Assembly (NCBI RefSeq): GCF_988242995.1
Contig: NZ_OZ547043.1
DNA: 64,000 bases
Reading direction: 5' to 3' (one strand)
Positions 38,853-52,503 of the stretch are shown piece by piece. The position numbers were made by a program, and so were the translations under genes. The first letter of the stretch is position 1. Each line of letters begins with the position of its first letter. The notes beneath the pieces are model-generated. The model did no database searches. It saw nothing but the letters and a program-made list of their open reading frames with translations, and had not been told where the DNA came from.

Positions 38853-40409
38853 ATGTTCATACGCGCTCCCAATTCTGGACGTAAGCTCCTGCTTACCTGC
38901 ATTGTTGCAGGCGTGATGATTGCGATACTGGTGAGCTGCCTTCAGTTTTTAGTGGCCTGGCATAAGCACGAAGTCAAATACGACACACTGATTACCGACG
39001 TACAAAAGTATCTCGATACCTATTTTGCCGACCTGAAATCCACTACTGACCGGCTCCAGCCGCTGACCTTAGATACCTGCCAGCAGGCTAACCCCGAACT
39101 GACTGCCCGCGCGGCGTTTAGCATGAATGTCCGTACGTTTGTGCTGGTAAAAGATAAAAAAACATTCTGTTCATCTGCGACTGGTGAGATGGACATTCCA
39201 CTCAATGAATTGATTCCGGCGCTCGACATTAATAAAAACGTCGATATGGCGATCTTACCCGGCACGCCGATGGTGCCGAACAAACCCGCAATCGTCATTT
39301 GGTATCGCAACCCGTTGTTGAAAAATAGCGGCGTCTTTGCCGCGCTGAATCTCAACCTGACGCCTTCACTCTTTTATAGTTCACGGCAGGAAGATTACGA
39401 TGGCGTCGCCCTCATTATTGGCAATACTGCGCTATCTACCTTTTCTTCACGTTTGATGAACGTTAATGAATTAACCGACATGCCAGTCCGTGAAACTAAA
39501 ATTGCGGGCATTCCTCTGACCGTTCGGCTTTATGCGGATGACTGGACATGGAACGATGTGTGGTACGCATTTTTACTGGGCGGCATGAGTGGAACTGTCG
39601 TTGGCCTGCTTTGCTATTACCTGATGAGCGTACGTATGCGCCCCGGCAGAGAAATCATGACCGCCATCAAGCGCGAACAATTTTACGTGGCGTATCAACC
39701 GGTGGTGGATACACAAGCTTTGCGGGTAACGGGCCTGGAAGTACTGCTACGCTGGCGGCATCCTGTAGCGGGAGAAATTCCCCCGGATGCCTTCATTAAC
39801 TTTGCCGAATCGCAAAAGATGATTGTGCCGCTGACTCAGCACCTGTTTGAGTTAATTGCCCGCGATGCCGCAGAATTAGAAAAAGTACTGCCGGTAGGCG
39901 TCAAATTTGGCATTAACATTGCGCCGGACCATCTGCACAGCGAAAGCTTTAAAGCTGATATCCAGAAACTGCTCACTTCCCTGCCCGCTCACCATTTCCA
40001 GATTGTGCTGGAAATTACCGAGCGCGATATGCTGAAAGAGCAAGAAGCCACACAACTCTTCGCCTGGCTGCACTCGGTCGGCGTAGAAATTGCTATTGAT
40101 GACTTCGGTACCGGGCACAGCGCGCTTATCTACCTTGAGCGTTTTACGCTCGATTATCTGAAAATTGACCGTGGATTTATCAACGCCATCGGTACGGAAA
40201 CGATCACTTCACCCGTACTTGACGCGGTGCTGACGCTGGCGAAACGCCTCAATATGCTGACGGTTGCTGAAGGGGTCGAAACGCCGGAACAGGCGCGATG
40301 GCTAAGCGAACGCGGCGTTAATTTCATGCAAGGCTACTGGATTAGTCGCCCGTTACCGCTGGACGATTTTGTCCGCTGGCTGAAGAAACCGTATACGCCG
40401 CAGTGGTAA
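38853..40409 (+). CDS. pdeN: c-di-GMP phosphodiesterase (CSS-motif sensor + EAL domain)
   Basis: 518-aa ORF; N-terminal TM/periplasmic domain and C-terminal EAL domain (…QPVVD…EVLLRW…). Confidence 0.85.
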   Translation: MFIRAPNSGRKLLLTCIVAGVMIAILVSCLQFLVAWHKHEVKYDTLITDVQKYLDTYFADLKSTTDRLQPLTLDTCQQANPELTARAAFSMNVRTFVLVKDKKTFCSSATGEMDIPLNELIPALDINKNVDMAILPGTPMVPNKPAIVIWYRNPLLKNSGVFAALNLNLTPSLFYSSRQEDYDGVALIIGNTALSTFSSRLMNVNELTDMPVRETKIAGIPLTVRLYADDWTWNDVWYAFLLGGMSGTVVGLLCYYLMSVRMRPGREIMTAIKREQFYVAYQPVVDTQALRVTGLEVLLRWRHPVAGEIPPDAFINFAESQKMIVPLTQHLFELIARDAAELEKVLPVGVKFGINIAPDHLHSESFKADIQKLLTSLPAHHFQIVLEITERDMLKEQEATQLFAWLHSVGVEIAIDDFGTGHSALIYLERFTLDYLKIDRGFINAIGTETITSPVLDAVLTLAKRLNMLTVAEGVETPEQARWLSERGVNFMQGYWISRPLPLDDFVRWLKKPYTPQW

Positions 40410-40490
40410 GGTGTGCTTACGTCCCTTATTATTCATAGTGAAAGCATGCCGGATTGCGGCTAATGATGAGTAAAAGGAAATCCGTTGCAG

Positions 40491-42305
40491 ATGATTGTGC
40501 GCATACTGCTGCTGTTTATCGCTCTGTTCACCTTCGGTGCGCAGGCGCAGGCTATCAAGGAAAGCTATGCCTTTGCCGTGCTGGGCGAACCCCGGTACGC
40601 GTTTAATTTCAACCATTTTGATTATGTGAACCCCGCGGCGCCAAAAGGTGGGCAGATAACGTTGTCAGCCCTCGGCACCTTCGATAATTTCAACCGCTAT
40701 GCACTGCGCGGCAACCCGGGCGCACGCACCGAGCAGCTGTACGACACGCTATTTACGACTTCCGATGACGAACCAGGCAGTTATTACCCGCTGATTGCTG
40801 AAAGCGCACGCTATGCTGACGATTATTCCTGGGTGGAGGTCGCTATTAATCCGCGCGCCCGTTTTCATGATGGTTCTCCCATTACTGCCCGCGATGTAGA
40901 GTTTACTTTTCAAAAATTTATGACCGAAGGCGTGCCGCAATTTCGTCTGGTCTACAAAGGCACCACCGTCAAAGCCATTGCGCCGTTAACCGTGCGCATT
41001 GAGTTAGCTAAACCCGGCAAAGAAGATATGCTGAGTCTGTTTTCGCTGCCGGTATTTCCAGAAAAGTACTGGAAGAATCACAAACTTAGCGACCCGCTCG
41101 CCACGCCTCCGCTTGCCAGTGGTCCGTACCGAATTACGTCCTGGAAAATGGGGCAAAATATTGTCTATTCCCGCGTGAAAGATTACTGGGCAGCAAACTT
41201 ACCGGTAAACCGTGGACGCTGGAATTTCGACACCATTCGCTACGATTATTACCTCGATGATAATGTCGCCTTTGAAGCGTTTAAAGCCGGTGCCTTTGAT
41301 TTGCGTATGGAAAACGACGCCAAAAACTGGGCCACGCGCTATACCGGTAAAAATTTCGATAAAAAATACATCATCAAAGATGAGCAAAAGAACGAATCAG
41401 CCCAGGATACGCGCTGGCTGGCGTTTAATATCCAACGTCCGGTATTCAGCGATCGCCGGGTGCGGGAAGCAATCACTCTCGCCTTTGACTTTGAATGGAT
41501 GAACAAAGCGTTGTTTTACAATGCCTGGAGTCGCACGAACAGTTATTTTCAGAATACCGAATACGCGGCCAGAAATTACCCCGACGCCGCGGAGCTGGTG
41601 CTTCTGGCACCAATGAAAAAAGATCTACCGCCAGAAGTCTTCACGCAAATCTACCAGCCGCCGGTATCCAAAGGCGATGGCTACGATCGTGACAACCTGT
41701 TAAAAGCCGACAAACTTCTCAACGAAGCGGGCTGGGTGCTGAAGGGTCAGCAACGCGTAAATGCCACAACGGGTCAGCCGCTCAGCTTTGAGTTATTGCT
41801 ACCTTCGAGCAGCAATAGTCAGTGGGTATTGCCGTTCCAGCACAGCCTGCAACGGCTGGGTATCAACATGGACATTCGCAAAGTGGATAACTCGCAAATC
41901 ACCAACCGCATGCGCAGTCGCGACTATGACATGATGCCGCGCCTATGGCGGGCGATGCCGTGGCCCAGTTCCGATTTACAGATTTCCTGGTCATCGGAAT
42001 ATATCAATTCCACTTATAATGCCCCCGGCGTGCAAAGTCCGGTTATCGACTCGCTGATCAACCAAATTATTGCCGCGCAGGGAAATAAAGAAAAATTACT
42101 GCCGTTGGGGCGAGCACTGGATCGCGTATTAACGTGGAATTATTACATGCTGCCAATGTGGTACATGGCGGAAGACCGTCTCGCCTGGTGGGATAAATTC
42201 TCCCAACCCGCTGTACGCCCTGTTTACAGCCTGGGTATCGATACCTGGTGGTATGACGTTAATAAAGCGGCCAAACTGCCGTCAGCCAGACAACAGGGAG
42301 AGTAG
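40491..42305 (+). CDS. yejA: ABC transporter periplasmic substrate-binding protein (microcin C / oligopeptide family)
   Basis: 604-aa product from internal ATG (MIVRILLLF…); signal peptide; heads the yejABEF operon. Confidence 0.88.
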
Positions 42306-43400
42306 ATGGGCGCTTATCTGATTCGCCGTCTGTTGCTGGTGATCCCAACGTTATGGGCGATTATCACTATCAACTTTTTCATCGTGCAAATTGCGCCTGG
42401 CGGTCCGGTCGACCAGGCCATCGCCGCCATTGAGTTTGGTAATGCCGGAGTATTACCCGGCGCAGGCGGTGAAGGTGTTCGCGCCAGCCATGCGCAAACG
42501 GGCGTCGGCAATATCAGCGACAGTAATTACCGTGGCGGACGCGGATTAGATCCAGAAGTGATCGCCGAGATCACTCATCGCTACGGTTTCGATAAGCCGA
42601 TCCACGAACGTTACTTCAAAATGCTCTGGGACTACATCCGCTTTGATTTTGGCGATAGCCTGTTTCGCAGCGCCTCGGTGCTGACGCTGATTAAAGACAG
42701 TCTGCCGGTTTCCATCACCCTCGGATTGTGGAGCACGCTGATTATCTATCTGGTGTCGATTCCGTTAGGCATTCGCAAAGCTGTTTATAATGGGAGCCGC
42801 TTTGACGTCTGGAGTAGCGCATTTATCATCATCGGCTACGCCATTCCGGCCTTTTTGTTTGCCATCCTGCTGATTGTCTTCTTCGCGGGCGGCAGCTATT
42901 TCGACCTGTTCCCTCTACGCGGCCTGGTTTCCGCTAACTTTGATTCGCTGCCGTGGTATCAGAAAATCACCGATTATCTGTGGCATATCACGCTGCCGGT
43001 GCTGGCGACAGTGATTGGCGGCTTTGCGGCGCTGACCATGCTGACAAAAAACTCATTCCTTGATGAAGTGCGCAAGCAATACGTGGTGACCGCCCGTGCG
43101 AAAGGGGTAAGTGAAAAAAATATTCTCTGGAAACATGTGTTCCGCAACGCCATGCTGCTGGTGATTGCCGGTTTTCCGGCGACGTTTATCAGCATGTTTT
43201 TTACCGGCTCGCTGCTGATTGAAGTAATGTTTTCGCTCAATGGTCTTGGCTTACTGGGCTACGAAGCGACCGTCTCGCGCGATTATCCTGTAATGTTTGG
43301 TACTTTGTATATTTTCACCCTGATTGGCCTGCTGCTGAATATTGTCAGTGATATCAGCTATACGCTGGTCGATCCGCGTATAGATTTTGAGGGACGTTAA
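42306..43400 (+). CDS. yejB: ABC transporter permease
   Basis: 364-aa membrane ORF; operon position. Confidence 0.88.
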
Positions 43401-44425
43401 TGTCGCGACTCAGCCCCGTCAATCAGGCCCGTTGGGCGCGTTTTCGTCATAACCGTCGCGGCTACTGGTCGTTATGGATTTTCCTCGTCTTGTTTGGTTT
43501 GAGTTTGTGTTCTGAACTTATCGCCAACGATAAACCGTTGCTGGTGCGTTATGACGGCAGTTGGTATTTCCCGTTGTTGAAAAACTACAGCGAAAGCGAT
43601 TTTGGCGGTCCGCTGGCAAGTCAGGCTGATTATCAGGACCCGTGGCTGAAACAACGGCTGGAAAATAACGGCTGGGTACTGTGGGCACCGATTCGCTTTG
43701 GCGCTACCAGTATCAACTTTTCTACCGACAAGCCCTTCCCCTCCCCACCCTCCCGGCAAAACTGGCTGGGAACGGATGCCAATGGCGGCGATGTGCTGGC
43801 ACGTATTCTCTATGGCACGCGGATCTCAGTTCTGTTTGGCCTGATGCTGACCCTCTGCTCCAGCGTGATGGGCGTGCTGGCGGGGGCGCTACAAGGCTAT
43901 TACGGCGGTAAAGTCGATCTCTGGGGGCAACGTTTTATTGAAGTATGGTCGGGGATGCCGACGCTGTTTTTGATTATTTTACTTTCCAGCGTCGTACAGC
44001 CTAACTTCTGGTGGCTGCTGGCAATTACCGTCTTGTTTGGCTGGATGAGTCTGGTCGGCGTGGTGCGGGCGGAGTTTTTACGTACCCGTAATTTCGACTA
44101 CATCCGCGCGGCGCAGGCGCTTGGCGTCAGCGATCGCAGTATCATCCTGCGTCATATGTTGCCAAATGCCATGGTCGCTACCCTCACCTTTTTACCGTTT
44201 ATTTTATGTAGTTCGATAACCACCCTGACCTCACTCGATTTCCTCGGCTTCGGTCTGCCGCTCGGTTCACCGTCACTCGGCGAACTGCTGTTACAAGGGA
44301 AAAATAACCTTCAGGCCCCGTGGCTTGGGATCACCGCCTTCTTGTCGGTGGCGATATTGTTGTCTTTGCTGATCTTTATTGGTGAAGCCGTCCGCGACGC
44401 ATTTGATCCTAATAAGGCGGTGTAG
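43400..44425 (+). CDS. yejE: ABC transporter permease
   Basis: 341-aa membrane ORF; start overlaps yejB stop. Confidence 0.88.
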   Translation: MSRLSPVNQARWARFRHNRRGYWSLWIFLVLFGLSLCSELIANDKPLLVRYDGSWYFPLLKNYSESDFGGPLASQADYQDPWLKQRLENNGWVLWAPIRFGATSINFSTDKPFPSPPSRQNWLGTDANGGDVLARILYGTRISVLFGLMLTLCSSVMGVLAGALQGYYGGKVDLWGQRFIEVWSGMPTLFLIILLSSVVQPNFWWLLAITVLFGWMSLVGVVRAEFLRTRNFDYIRAAQALGVSDRSIILRHMLPNAMVATLTFLPFILCSSITTLTSLDFLGFGLPLGSPSLGELLLQGKNNLQAPWLGITAFLSVAILLSLLIFIGEAVRDAFDPNKAV

Positions 44426-44426
44426 C

Positions 44427-46016
44427 ATGACGCAAACTCTGTTAGCGATTGAAAATTTGTCGGTGGGTTTTCGCCATCAGCAAACCGTACGTACAGTAGT
44501 CAATGATGTTTCACTTCAGATTGAGGCTGGCGAAACGCTGGCGCTGGTGGGTGAGTCAGGTTCAGGCAAAAGCGTTACCGCGCTGTCAATTTTACGCCTG
44601 CTCCCTTCCCCGCCGGTTGAATATCTCTCCGGCGATATTCGTTTTCATGGCGAATCGCTGCTTCATGCCAGCGATCAAACGTTGCGCGGTGTACGCGGTA
44701 ATAAGATCGCCATGATTTTTCAGGAGCCGATGGTGTCATTAAATCCATTGCATACCCTGGAAAAACAGCTTTATGAAGTGCTTTCACTCCACCGCGGGAT
44801 GCGTCGGGAAGCGGCTCGTGGCGAAATTCTTAACTGCCTTGATCGCGTCGGTATCCGCCAGGCGGCAAAACGGCTGACAGATTATCCGCATCAGCTCTCC
44901 GGCGGCGAACGCCAGCGGGTGATGATTGCGATGGCGCTGTTAACGCGACCGGAATTATTAATTGCCGATGAACCAACCACCGCACTGGACGTCTCTGTCC
45001 AGGCGCAGATTTTACAGCTGTTGCGCGAACTGCAAGGCGAGCTGAATATGGGCATGCTGTTTATTACTCATAACCTCAGCATTGTCAGAAAACTGGCCCA
45101 TCGCGTGGCGGTAATGCAAAACGGTCGCTGTGTCGAGCAAAATAACGCCGCTACGCTATTTGCCTCACCCACTCATCCTTACACACAAAAGTTACTCAAC
45201 AGTGAACCGTCAGGCGACCCGGTGCCATTGCCAGAACCTGCCTCAACGTTGCTGAATGTTGAACAGCTTCAGGTTGCCTTCCCCATTCGCAAAGGGATTT
45301 TGAAGCGCATTGTGGATCATAATGTGGTGGTGAAAAACATCAGTTTTACGCTACGAGCGGGTGAAACACTGGGTTTAGTGGGCGAGTCCGGTTCCGGGAA
45401 AAGCACGACGGGACTGGCGCTGCTGCGACTGATTAATTCTCAGGGCAGCATCATCTTTGACGGTCAGCCACTGCAAAATTTAAATCGCCGCCAGCTGTTA
45501 CCTATTCGTCATCGCATTCAGGTGGTATTTCAGGATCCAAACTCCTCGCTCAACCCACGACTCAACGTTTTGCAGATTATTGAGGAAGGCTTACGGGTTC
45601 ACCAGCCGACGCTTTCTGCCGCACAACGCGAACAACAAGTGATAGCCGTGATGCATGAAGTGGGATTAGATCCTGAAACACGCCACCGTTATCCGGCGGA
45701 GTTCTCTGGTGGTCAGCGGCAACGTATTGCGATTGCCAGGGCGTTAATTCTTAAGCCCTCGCTGATCATTCTTGATGAACCAACATCATCGCTCGACAAA
45801 ACGGTACAGGCGCAAATATTGACGCTATTGAAATCATTGCAACAGAAGCATCAATTGGCCTATTTGTTTATCAGTCACGATTTGCACGTTGTCCGCGCGT
45901 TATGTCATCAGGTTATCGTACTGCGACAAGGGGAAGTAGTGGAACAAGGACCGTGCGCGCGCGTGTTTGCCGCACCGCAGCAGGAGTATACGCGTCAGCT
46001 ACTGGCGTTGAGCTGA
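44427..46016 (+). CDS. yejF: ABC transporter ATP-binding protein (two fused ABC cassettes)
   Basis: 529-aa product from ATG at 44427 ([11 protein letters not shown]…); two Walker A motifs (GESGSGKS x2) and LSGG signatures. Confidence 0.9.
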   Translation: MTQTLLAIENLSVGFRHQQTVRTVVNDVSLQIEAGETLALVGESGSGKSVTALSILRLLPSPPVEYLSGDIRFHGESLLHASDQTLRGVRGNKIAMIFQEPMVSLNPLHTLEKQLYEVLSLHRGMRREAARGEILNCLDRVGIRQAAKRLTDYPHQLSGGERQRVMIAMALLTRPELLIADEPTTALDVSVQAQILQLLRELQGELNMGMLFITHNLSIVRKLAHRVAVMQNGRCVEQNNAATLFASPTHPYTQKLLNSEPSGDPVPLPEPASTLLNVEQLQVAFPIRKGILKRIVDHNVVVKNISFTLRAGETLGLVGESGSGKSTTGLALLRLINSQGSIIFDGQPLQNLNRRQLLPIRHRIQVVFQDPNSSLNPRLNVLQIIEEGLRVHQPTLSAAQREQQVIAVMHEVGLDPETRHRYPAEFSGGQRQRIAIARALILKPSLIILDEPTSSLDKTVQAQILTLLKSLQQKHQLAYLFISHDLHVVRALCHQVIVLRQGEVVEQGPCARVFAAPQQEYTRQLLALS

Positions 46017-46019
46017 CGC

Positions 46020-46364
46020 TTAAAAAGGATTGTAGTTTGAAAAGGGTTCGGCAATTGCCACACCAAAATTTTTCAATCGGCATGTTGCTGCAAACTCGTC
46101 CTGGCGATTTACAAACAGGCACGGCTCACCTTCACACTCCAGCACCGAGCATGGAACTTCGATGTCGCTTAACGCCTGGCTTAGTTTGTACATCACCGAC
46201 CATGCATTATCACCATCCGGGCTAAGCAATTTAAGCGCCACCAGGCTGTTGTCACCGCACGGTCCATTTTGCGGAATCGGTTCAACCTTCGAACCTGCGA
46301 AACCAGCAGACCAGCGATAGTTCTGCGGCAGTCGATGGACGATTGAGAGTTGTAATGAAGTCAC
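46020..46364 (-). CDS. yejG: uncharacterized protein YejG
   Basis: 114-aa ORF; position between yejF and bcr. Confidence 0.75.
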
Positions 46365-46696
46365 TTATTTTCCCCGGAAGCACATTTACTTCACAATTTG
46401 TTCACATCAATTTTAACACATCATCAACAATCCGTCTTTATACAGATCGTAAAGATTGATGCCTCGCCAGCGTGGCCTCTATGGCTCTGATTTAAATAAT
46501 ATCTGCGGGCGTGGTCACGTTTGCGGGGCTATATGTACCCGTTTCTGCGATCTAACTCAACCTTTTTAACTACAATGATGTGACTTTTTACATAAATTGA
46601 TTTTACATAAAATAAACATATATCGGGGGAATGATGGATTTGTGGTTGACATGCATCAACAAAGGAAGCCTTTTAGCTTCCTCGTTGTGCAATAGA

Positions 46697-47887
46697 TCAC
46701 CGTTTTTTCGGCCGACTGGCGTACAGACAGAAGAGAATGGAGCTGGTTGCGCAGAATGCAATTGACCAAATCATCGGCCATGCAGAGTTAAAGGTCGCAA
46801 GAGAAAGTAATGCGCCAACAATTGCCCCTATGCCGAAACGGAAGGTTCCTGCCAGCGAAGATGCCGTTCCCGCCATATGGGGAAACTCATCAAGAATGAC
46901 CGCCATCGCATTAGATGACACCATCGACACGCAGCCCACAAACGCCGCAACGCCAACCACCAGCGACCAGAATCCCAGCCCCAGCAGCGCACTGATGACC
47001 ATCCACGCCGCCATAATAAACTGTATCCACAACCCCGAGCGGAACATATTTAACGCGCCAATTCGGCGGACGAAGCGGCTGTTAAAGATGGTCATCACGA
47101 ACAGGAAAACAATGTTTAGCGCAAAGTAATAACCAAAGTTTTCCGGCGCGACGTGGTTAATTTCAATATAGACAAACGGTCCGGCGCTCAGGAACGAGAA
47201 CATCCCGGCAAAGCTGAAACCGCTGGCCAGCATATAACTCAGGACACGCTTATGACGGAACAGCGCCGCAAAGTTACCAATAGTGGTACGAATGTGAAAA
47301 GGCTGGCGACGCTCCGGTGGTAAGGTTTCTTTGATCAGAAAGAAGATCATTGCCGAAGCCAGAATCGCCGCCACGGCGAGGATCCAGAAGATGTAATGCC
47401 AGCTCAGCCACACCAGTACCCAGCCGCCAACTATCGGTGCCATCAGCGGTGCAATGGTCGTCACCAGCATGACAAACGACATCATCCGCGAGAACTCTTC
47501 TTTCGGGTAGATATCACGCATTAAAGCGTTGATAACCACGCTGGCCGCAGCAGCCGCCAGTCCGTGGAAGAAACGCATCACAATCAGCTGCTCGATAGTT
47601 TGTGCCAACGCACACGCCACCGCGGCGGCGGCAAACACCAGCGTACCGCCAAGAACCACCGGCTTACGCCCGAAGCTGTCTGCCATCGGCCCGTAGATTA
47701 ACTGCCCCAACGCAAAGCCCAGAATATAAGTACTGAGGGTCATCTGCGTACTGCCCGCCGGTACGCCAAACTGAGCTGAAATTACCGGTAGCGCAGGCAG
47801 ATACATATCAATCGACAGCGGCATCAACATGGCCAGCAGGCCAAGGATAAAAACAATAGCAAACGACGAATGCTGTCGGGTGGTCAC
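46697..47887 (-). CDS. bcr: bicyclomycin/multidrug efflux MFS transporter
   Basis: 396-aa 12-TM ORF; recognised Bcr sequence. Confidence 0.9.
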   Translation of the reverse strand: MTTRQHSSFAIVFILGLLAMLMPLSIDMYLPALPVISAQFGVPAGSTQMTLSTYILGFALGQLIYGPMADSFGRKPVVLGGTLVFAAAAVACALAQTIEQLIVMRFFHGLAAAAASVVINALMRDIYPKEEFSRMMSFVMLVTTIAPLMAPIVGGWVLVWLSWHYIFWILAVAAILASAMIFFLIKETLPPERRQPFHIRTTIGNFAALFRHKRVLSYMLASGFSFAGMFSFLSAGPFVYIEINHVAPENFGYYFALNIVFLFVMTIFNSRFVRRIGALNMFRSGLWIQFIMAAWMVISALLGLGFWSLVVGVAAFVGCVSMVSSNAMAVILDEFPHMAGTASSLAGTFRFGIGAIVGALLSLATFNSAWPMIWSIAFCATSSILFCLYASRPKKR

Positions 47888-47914
47888 AACGGGCTCCTGA
47901 AAGTCATTGAAAAG

Positions 47915-48610
47915 TTAGACGACGCTGGCAATTTCTTCTTCAGTTAACGGACGATATTCACCGGGGGCTAAATCAGCATCCAGCGTAATGCCGCCAATAC
48001 GTTCACGATGCAGCTCAACCACATGGTTACCCACGGCGGCGAACATACGTTTCACCTGATGATAACGCCCTTCGCTGATGGTCAGACGAACCTGCGTTGG
48101 GGTAATCACTTCCAGCACCGCCGGCTTAGTGAGATCTTTTTCGTTATGCAGCTGCACGCCTTTAGCAAATTGCTCTGCCGTATCGTCAGCTACGGGTGAT
48201 TCCAGCGTCACCAGATAGGTCTTCTCGCAATGATGGCGCGGGGAAGTAATGCGGTGCGACCACTGACCATCATCTGTCATTAGTACCAGACCGGTGGTAT
48301 CGATATCCAGACGCCCTGCGGCGTGCAGTTTCCACGCTACCGGTTCATCCAGAAAATAGAGCACCGTTGGGTGATCCGGGTCGTCCGTGGAGCAAACATA
48401 GCCCTGAGGCTTATTGAGCATGAAGTAACGTGGACCGTGTTGCTGCGCCAGCGGGTTGCCATCGTAAGCGACATCATGTTCAGGGAGCAGTTTGAACGCT
48501 GCATTACGGACGATTTCGCCATCGACCGTGACACGATTGCCGCGGATTTCACGCCCGGCAATAGCACGGCTAACGCCGAGTTGCTGTGCGATAAATTTAT
48601 CAAGTCGCAT
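47915..48610 (-). CDS. rsuA: 16S rRNA pseudouridine(516) synthase
   Basis: 231-aa product from internal Met ([15 protein letters not shown]…); S4 domain plus pseudouridine synthase core; the listed 263-aa ORF is an upstream extension. Confidence 0.9.
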
Positions 48611-48759
48611 GTGTGTGATTTTGCCTGTAAAAAACGGAGGTCGGGTAATTACCCGAAAATCTGAACTGTTGTCTGCCCAGTATAGCGGTCTAATAACTTC
48701 CCTCAAGGGAAAAAGAACCGTGGCATACTATTAGCAGAATAATCTACCTACGCGAGACC

Positions 48760-50520
48760 ATGATTTTTACACTCCGCCCATATCAGCAAGAAGCCGTGGA
48801 TGCCACGCTCAACCATTTTCGTCGTCATAAAACCCCTGCCGTCATCGTGCTGCCCACCGGTGCAGGTAAAAGCCTGGTGATAGCGGAACTGGCGCGGCTG
48901 GCTCGTGGTCGCGTGCTGGTGCTGGCACACGTTAAAGAACTGGTGGCGCAAAACCATGCAAAATATCAGGCGCTGGGGCTGGAAGCCGATATTTTTGCCG
49001 CCGGGCTAAAGCGCAAAGAGAGCCACGGTAAAGTGGTATTTGGCAGCGTGCAGTCGGTCGCCCGTAATCTTGATGCCTTTCAGGGTGAATTCTCGCTGTT
49101 GATTGTCGATGAATGTCACCGTATTGGTGACGATGAAGAGAGCCAGTATCAGCAAATCCTCACTCACCTGACCAAAGTGAATCCCCACTTACGCCTGCTG
49201 GGGCTGACTGCCACGCCTTTTCGACTGGGCAAAGGCTGGATTTATCAGTTCCATTATCACGGCATGGTACGCGGGGATGAGAAAGCCCTTTTCCGTGACT
49301 GCATTTATGAGCTGCCGCTGCGTTATATGATTAAACACGGCTATCTGACGCCGCCAGAACGGCTGGATATGCCGGTAGTGCAATACGATTTCAGCCGCTT
49401 GCAGGCACAGAGTAACGGGCTTTTCAGCGAAGCCGATCTCAACCGCGAGCTGAAAAAACAGCAACGTATTACCCCGCACATCATCAGCCAGATTATGGAG
49501 TTCGCCGAAAAGCGTAAAGGAGTGATGATTTTCGCCGCCACCGTTGAACACGCCAAGGAGATAGTGGGACTGCTGCCTGCCGAAGATGCAGCACTGATTA
49601 CTGGCGACACACCCGGCGCTGAGCGCGATGTGTTAATTGAAGATTTTAAAGCCCAGCGTTTTCGCTATCTGGTCAACGTCGCGGTACTGACCACTGGATT
49701 TGACGCCCCGCACGTCGATCTTATTGCTATTCTGCGCCCTACCGAATCGGTGAGTCTTTACCAACAAATTGTCGGGCGCGGTCTGCGTCTCGCTCCAGGC
49801 AAGACTGATTGCTTAATTCTTGATTATGCGGGTAACCCTCACGATCTCTACGCGCCGGAAGTTGGTACACCGAAAGGCAAAAGTGACAACGTTCCGGTAC
49901 AGGTTTTCTGCCCTGCCTGCGGTTTTGCCAACACCTTTTGGGGGAAAACGACCGCCGACGGGACATTGATTGAACACTTTGGTCGCCGCTGTCAGGGATG
50001 GTTTGAAGATGACGACGGTCATCGAGAACAGTGTGATTTCCGTTTCCGTTTTAAAAATTGCCCGCAATGTAACGCGGAAAACGATATTGCCGCCCGCCGC
50101 TGCCGCGAATGTGACACCGTACTGGTTGATCCGGATGATATGTTAAAAGCGGCGCTACGACTGAAAGACGCGCTGGTATTACGCTGTAGCGGCATGTCTT
50201 TGCAGCATGGGCACGACGAGAAAGGCGAATGGTTGAAAATCACCTATTACGATGAAGACGGCGCGGATGTGAGTGAGCGTTTCCGTCTGCAAACGCCCGC
50301 TCAGCGTACCGCCTTCGAGCAGCTTTTTATCCGCCCGCATACGCGCACACCGGGCATCCCTCTGCGCTGGATCACCGCCGCCGATATCCTCGCCCAGCAA
50401 GCCTTACTGCGACACCCGGATTTTGTCGTCGCCCGCATGAAAGGTCAGTACTGGCAAGTGCGTGAAAAAGTGTTCGATTACGAAGGTCGTTTTCGTCGGG
50501 CGCACGAATTACGCGGTTAA
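48760..50520 (+). CDS. radD: superfamily-2 DNA repair helicase RadD
   Basis: 586-aa ORF; Walker A (PTGAGKS), DECH box, C-terminal zinc-finger cysteines. Confidence 0.9.
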   Translation: MIFTLRPYQQEAVDATLNHFRRHKTPAVIVLPTGAGKSLVIAELARLARGRVLVLAHVKELVAQNHAKYQALGLEADIFAAGLKRKESHGKVVFGSVQSVARNLDAFQGEFSLLIVDECHRIGDDEESQYQQILTHLTKVNPHLRLLGLTATPFRLGKGWIYQFHYHGMVRGDEKALFRDCIYELPLRYMIKHGYLTPPERLDMPVVQYDFSRLQAQSNGLFSEADLNRELKKQQRITPHIISQIMEFAEKRKGVMIFAATVEHAKEIVGLLPAEDAALITGDTPGAERDVLIEDFKAQRFRYLVNVAVLTTGFDAPHVDLIAILRPTESVSLYQQIVGRGLRLAPGKTDCLILDYAGNPHDLYAPEVGTPKGKSDNVPVQVFCPACGFANTFWGKTTADGTLIEHFGRRCQGWFEDDDGHREQCDFRFRFKNCPQCNAENDIAARRCRECDTVLVDPDDMLKAALRLKDALVLRCSGMSLQHGHDEKGEWLKITYYDEDGADVSERFRLQTPAQRTAFEQLFIRPHTRTPGIPLRWITAADILAQQALLRHPDFVVARMKGQYWQVREKVFDYEGRFRRAHELRG

Positions 50521-50536
50521 TGGTAGTTTTGATTGA

Positions 50537-50929
<393 letters not shown>

Positions 50930-50945
50930 TTGCTGAATAAGTTGT

Positions 50946-50975
50946 AAAAAACCCCGCTCCGGCGGGGTTTTTTGT
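50946..50975 (+). terminator. rho-independent terminator of rplY
   Basis: AAAAAACCCCGCTCCGGCGGGGTTTTTTG: GC-rich hairpin flanked by A-run and T-run. Confidence 0.8.
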
Positions 50976-51067
50976 CTCTGCAAATTATGCCTGATTACGG
51001 TATTGCTATTTTTTGCAGGCCAGATAAGGCGTTCACGCCGCATCTGGCATTCAGAACACAAAACCGA

Positions 51068-52075
51068 TTAATTGCCGCCGGACGTCCGGCGCTGCAATTG
51101 ATCGCGCAGGTTCGGCGGCGTGCCTTTAATAGTCAGGGTATCGGTCGCCGGATCCCAGAAAATCCGTTCGCCCAACAGCATCGCATCAAAGTTAATAGTC
51201 AAGCCACCGCCGCTACCGGCAAACTTCGTCAACTGACGCAGTGTGCTACGGTCTGCCGGGAAGCTCTCTTCCAGTTCGTAGCCTTTTTCAGCCGCAAACT
51301 CCGTGAAGCTCACTTCGCTGACGCCTGCCAGCTCTTTCGACAGCGATTCCAGTTCAATCTCTTCACCTGCCTGTAGCTGCTCATTACAGTAGCTATAAAC
51401 CTGCTGGCGCACGTTCTGTCGCTCTGCTTTATCCAGTTGTGCTTCGGCAGTGAAATCATCGACCGCTTGCAACAGCCCACGGTTTTGCGCTTTCGCGTTT
51501 AACCCTTCGCTGGCACCGAGGAAATCCATAAAGAAATCTGCCACTTTGCGCCCTACTCGCCCTTTCAGGAAAGTGAGATAGCGGGTCGACTCTGGATTGG
51601 TTTCCCATTCGGTTAAATCGATACGCGCAACAATATCTGCATGATTGATATCAAGATAATGGGTTGGATTGATGTCGAGATTTTCGTTAACGCGCATACT
51701 GCTCAGGTTGCTCAGGACTGCCACCAGCAGATACTCCACCGCCAGATAGCGATAGTGGCAAAACAGCACGAATCCACCGTCAGCAAAAGGATATTTCGCT
51801 AATTCGTCACGCAGGCGACCGGTTGCCGCGCGGCTAAATGCCAGAAAGTCCTCTTCGCCCTGACGCTGTAAGCGCAGCGTCTGCGCCAGTTCACTCTCTT
51901 CGCTAAACAAGCCGTAAGCTTTATTTTTGGCGCTATAGACCCGATGCAGTTCTGCCACCATCTCAACGACGGTTTCCGTCGGTTCCAGCAATGAATCGCG
52001 CAACACCAGCTCAAGGTTCTGCTCATCACGCTTGATAAGCTGGTGCAGAGCAATCTGGTTGATATCCAGACTCAT
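51068..52075 (-). CDS. yejK: nucleoid-associated protein NdpA
   Basis: 335-aa ORF; recognised YejK sequence. Confidence 0.9.
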
Positions 52076-52256
52076 GATAAACTCTCCTTTAAGACCGGGC
52101 GGTATTCAACCACCGCCGGTTAAGCGACGCAATAAAAGATGGCGGTCATTTTACAGAAGGCAGCGTAACGAGAATGATTTAACGCATAAAAAAGCAGAAA
52201 AAAAACCGTTGCTACGGTAATATGTTGCCCTTTCATCAACTAACTGATTTCGATTT

Positions 52257-52484
52257 ATGCCACAAATTTCCCGCTACAGTGATGAACAGGTTGAACAATT
52301 GCTCGCAGAGCTGCTCAACGTACTGGAAAAACATAAGGCTCCGACCGACCTTTCCCTGATGGTGTTAGGCAACATGGTCACTAACCTTATCAACACCAGC
52401 ATTGCCCCGGCCCAACGCCAGGCAATTGCCAACTCTTTTGCCCGCGCCTTACAGTCCTCTATCAACGAAGACAAAGCGCACTAA
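52257..52484 (+). CDS. yejL: UPF0352 protein YejL
   Basis: 75-aa ORF immediately upstream of yejM. Confidence 0.85.
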
Positions 52485-52503
52485 GGGAAACAGATAACAG
52501 GTT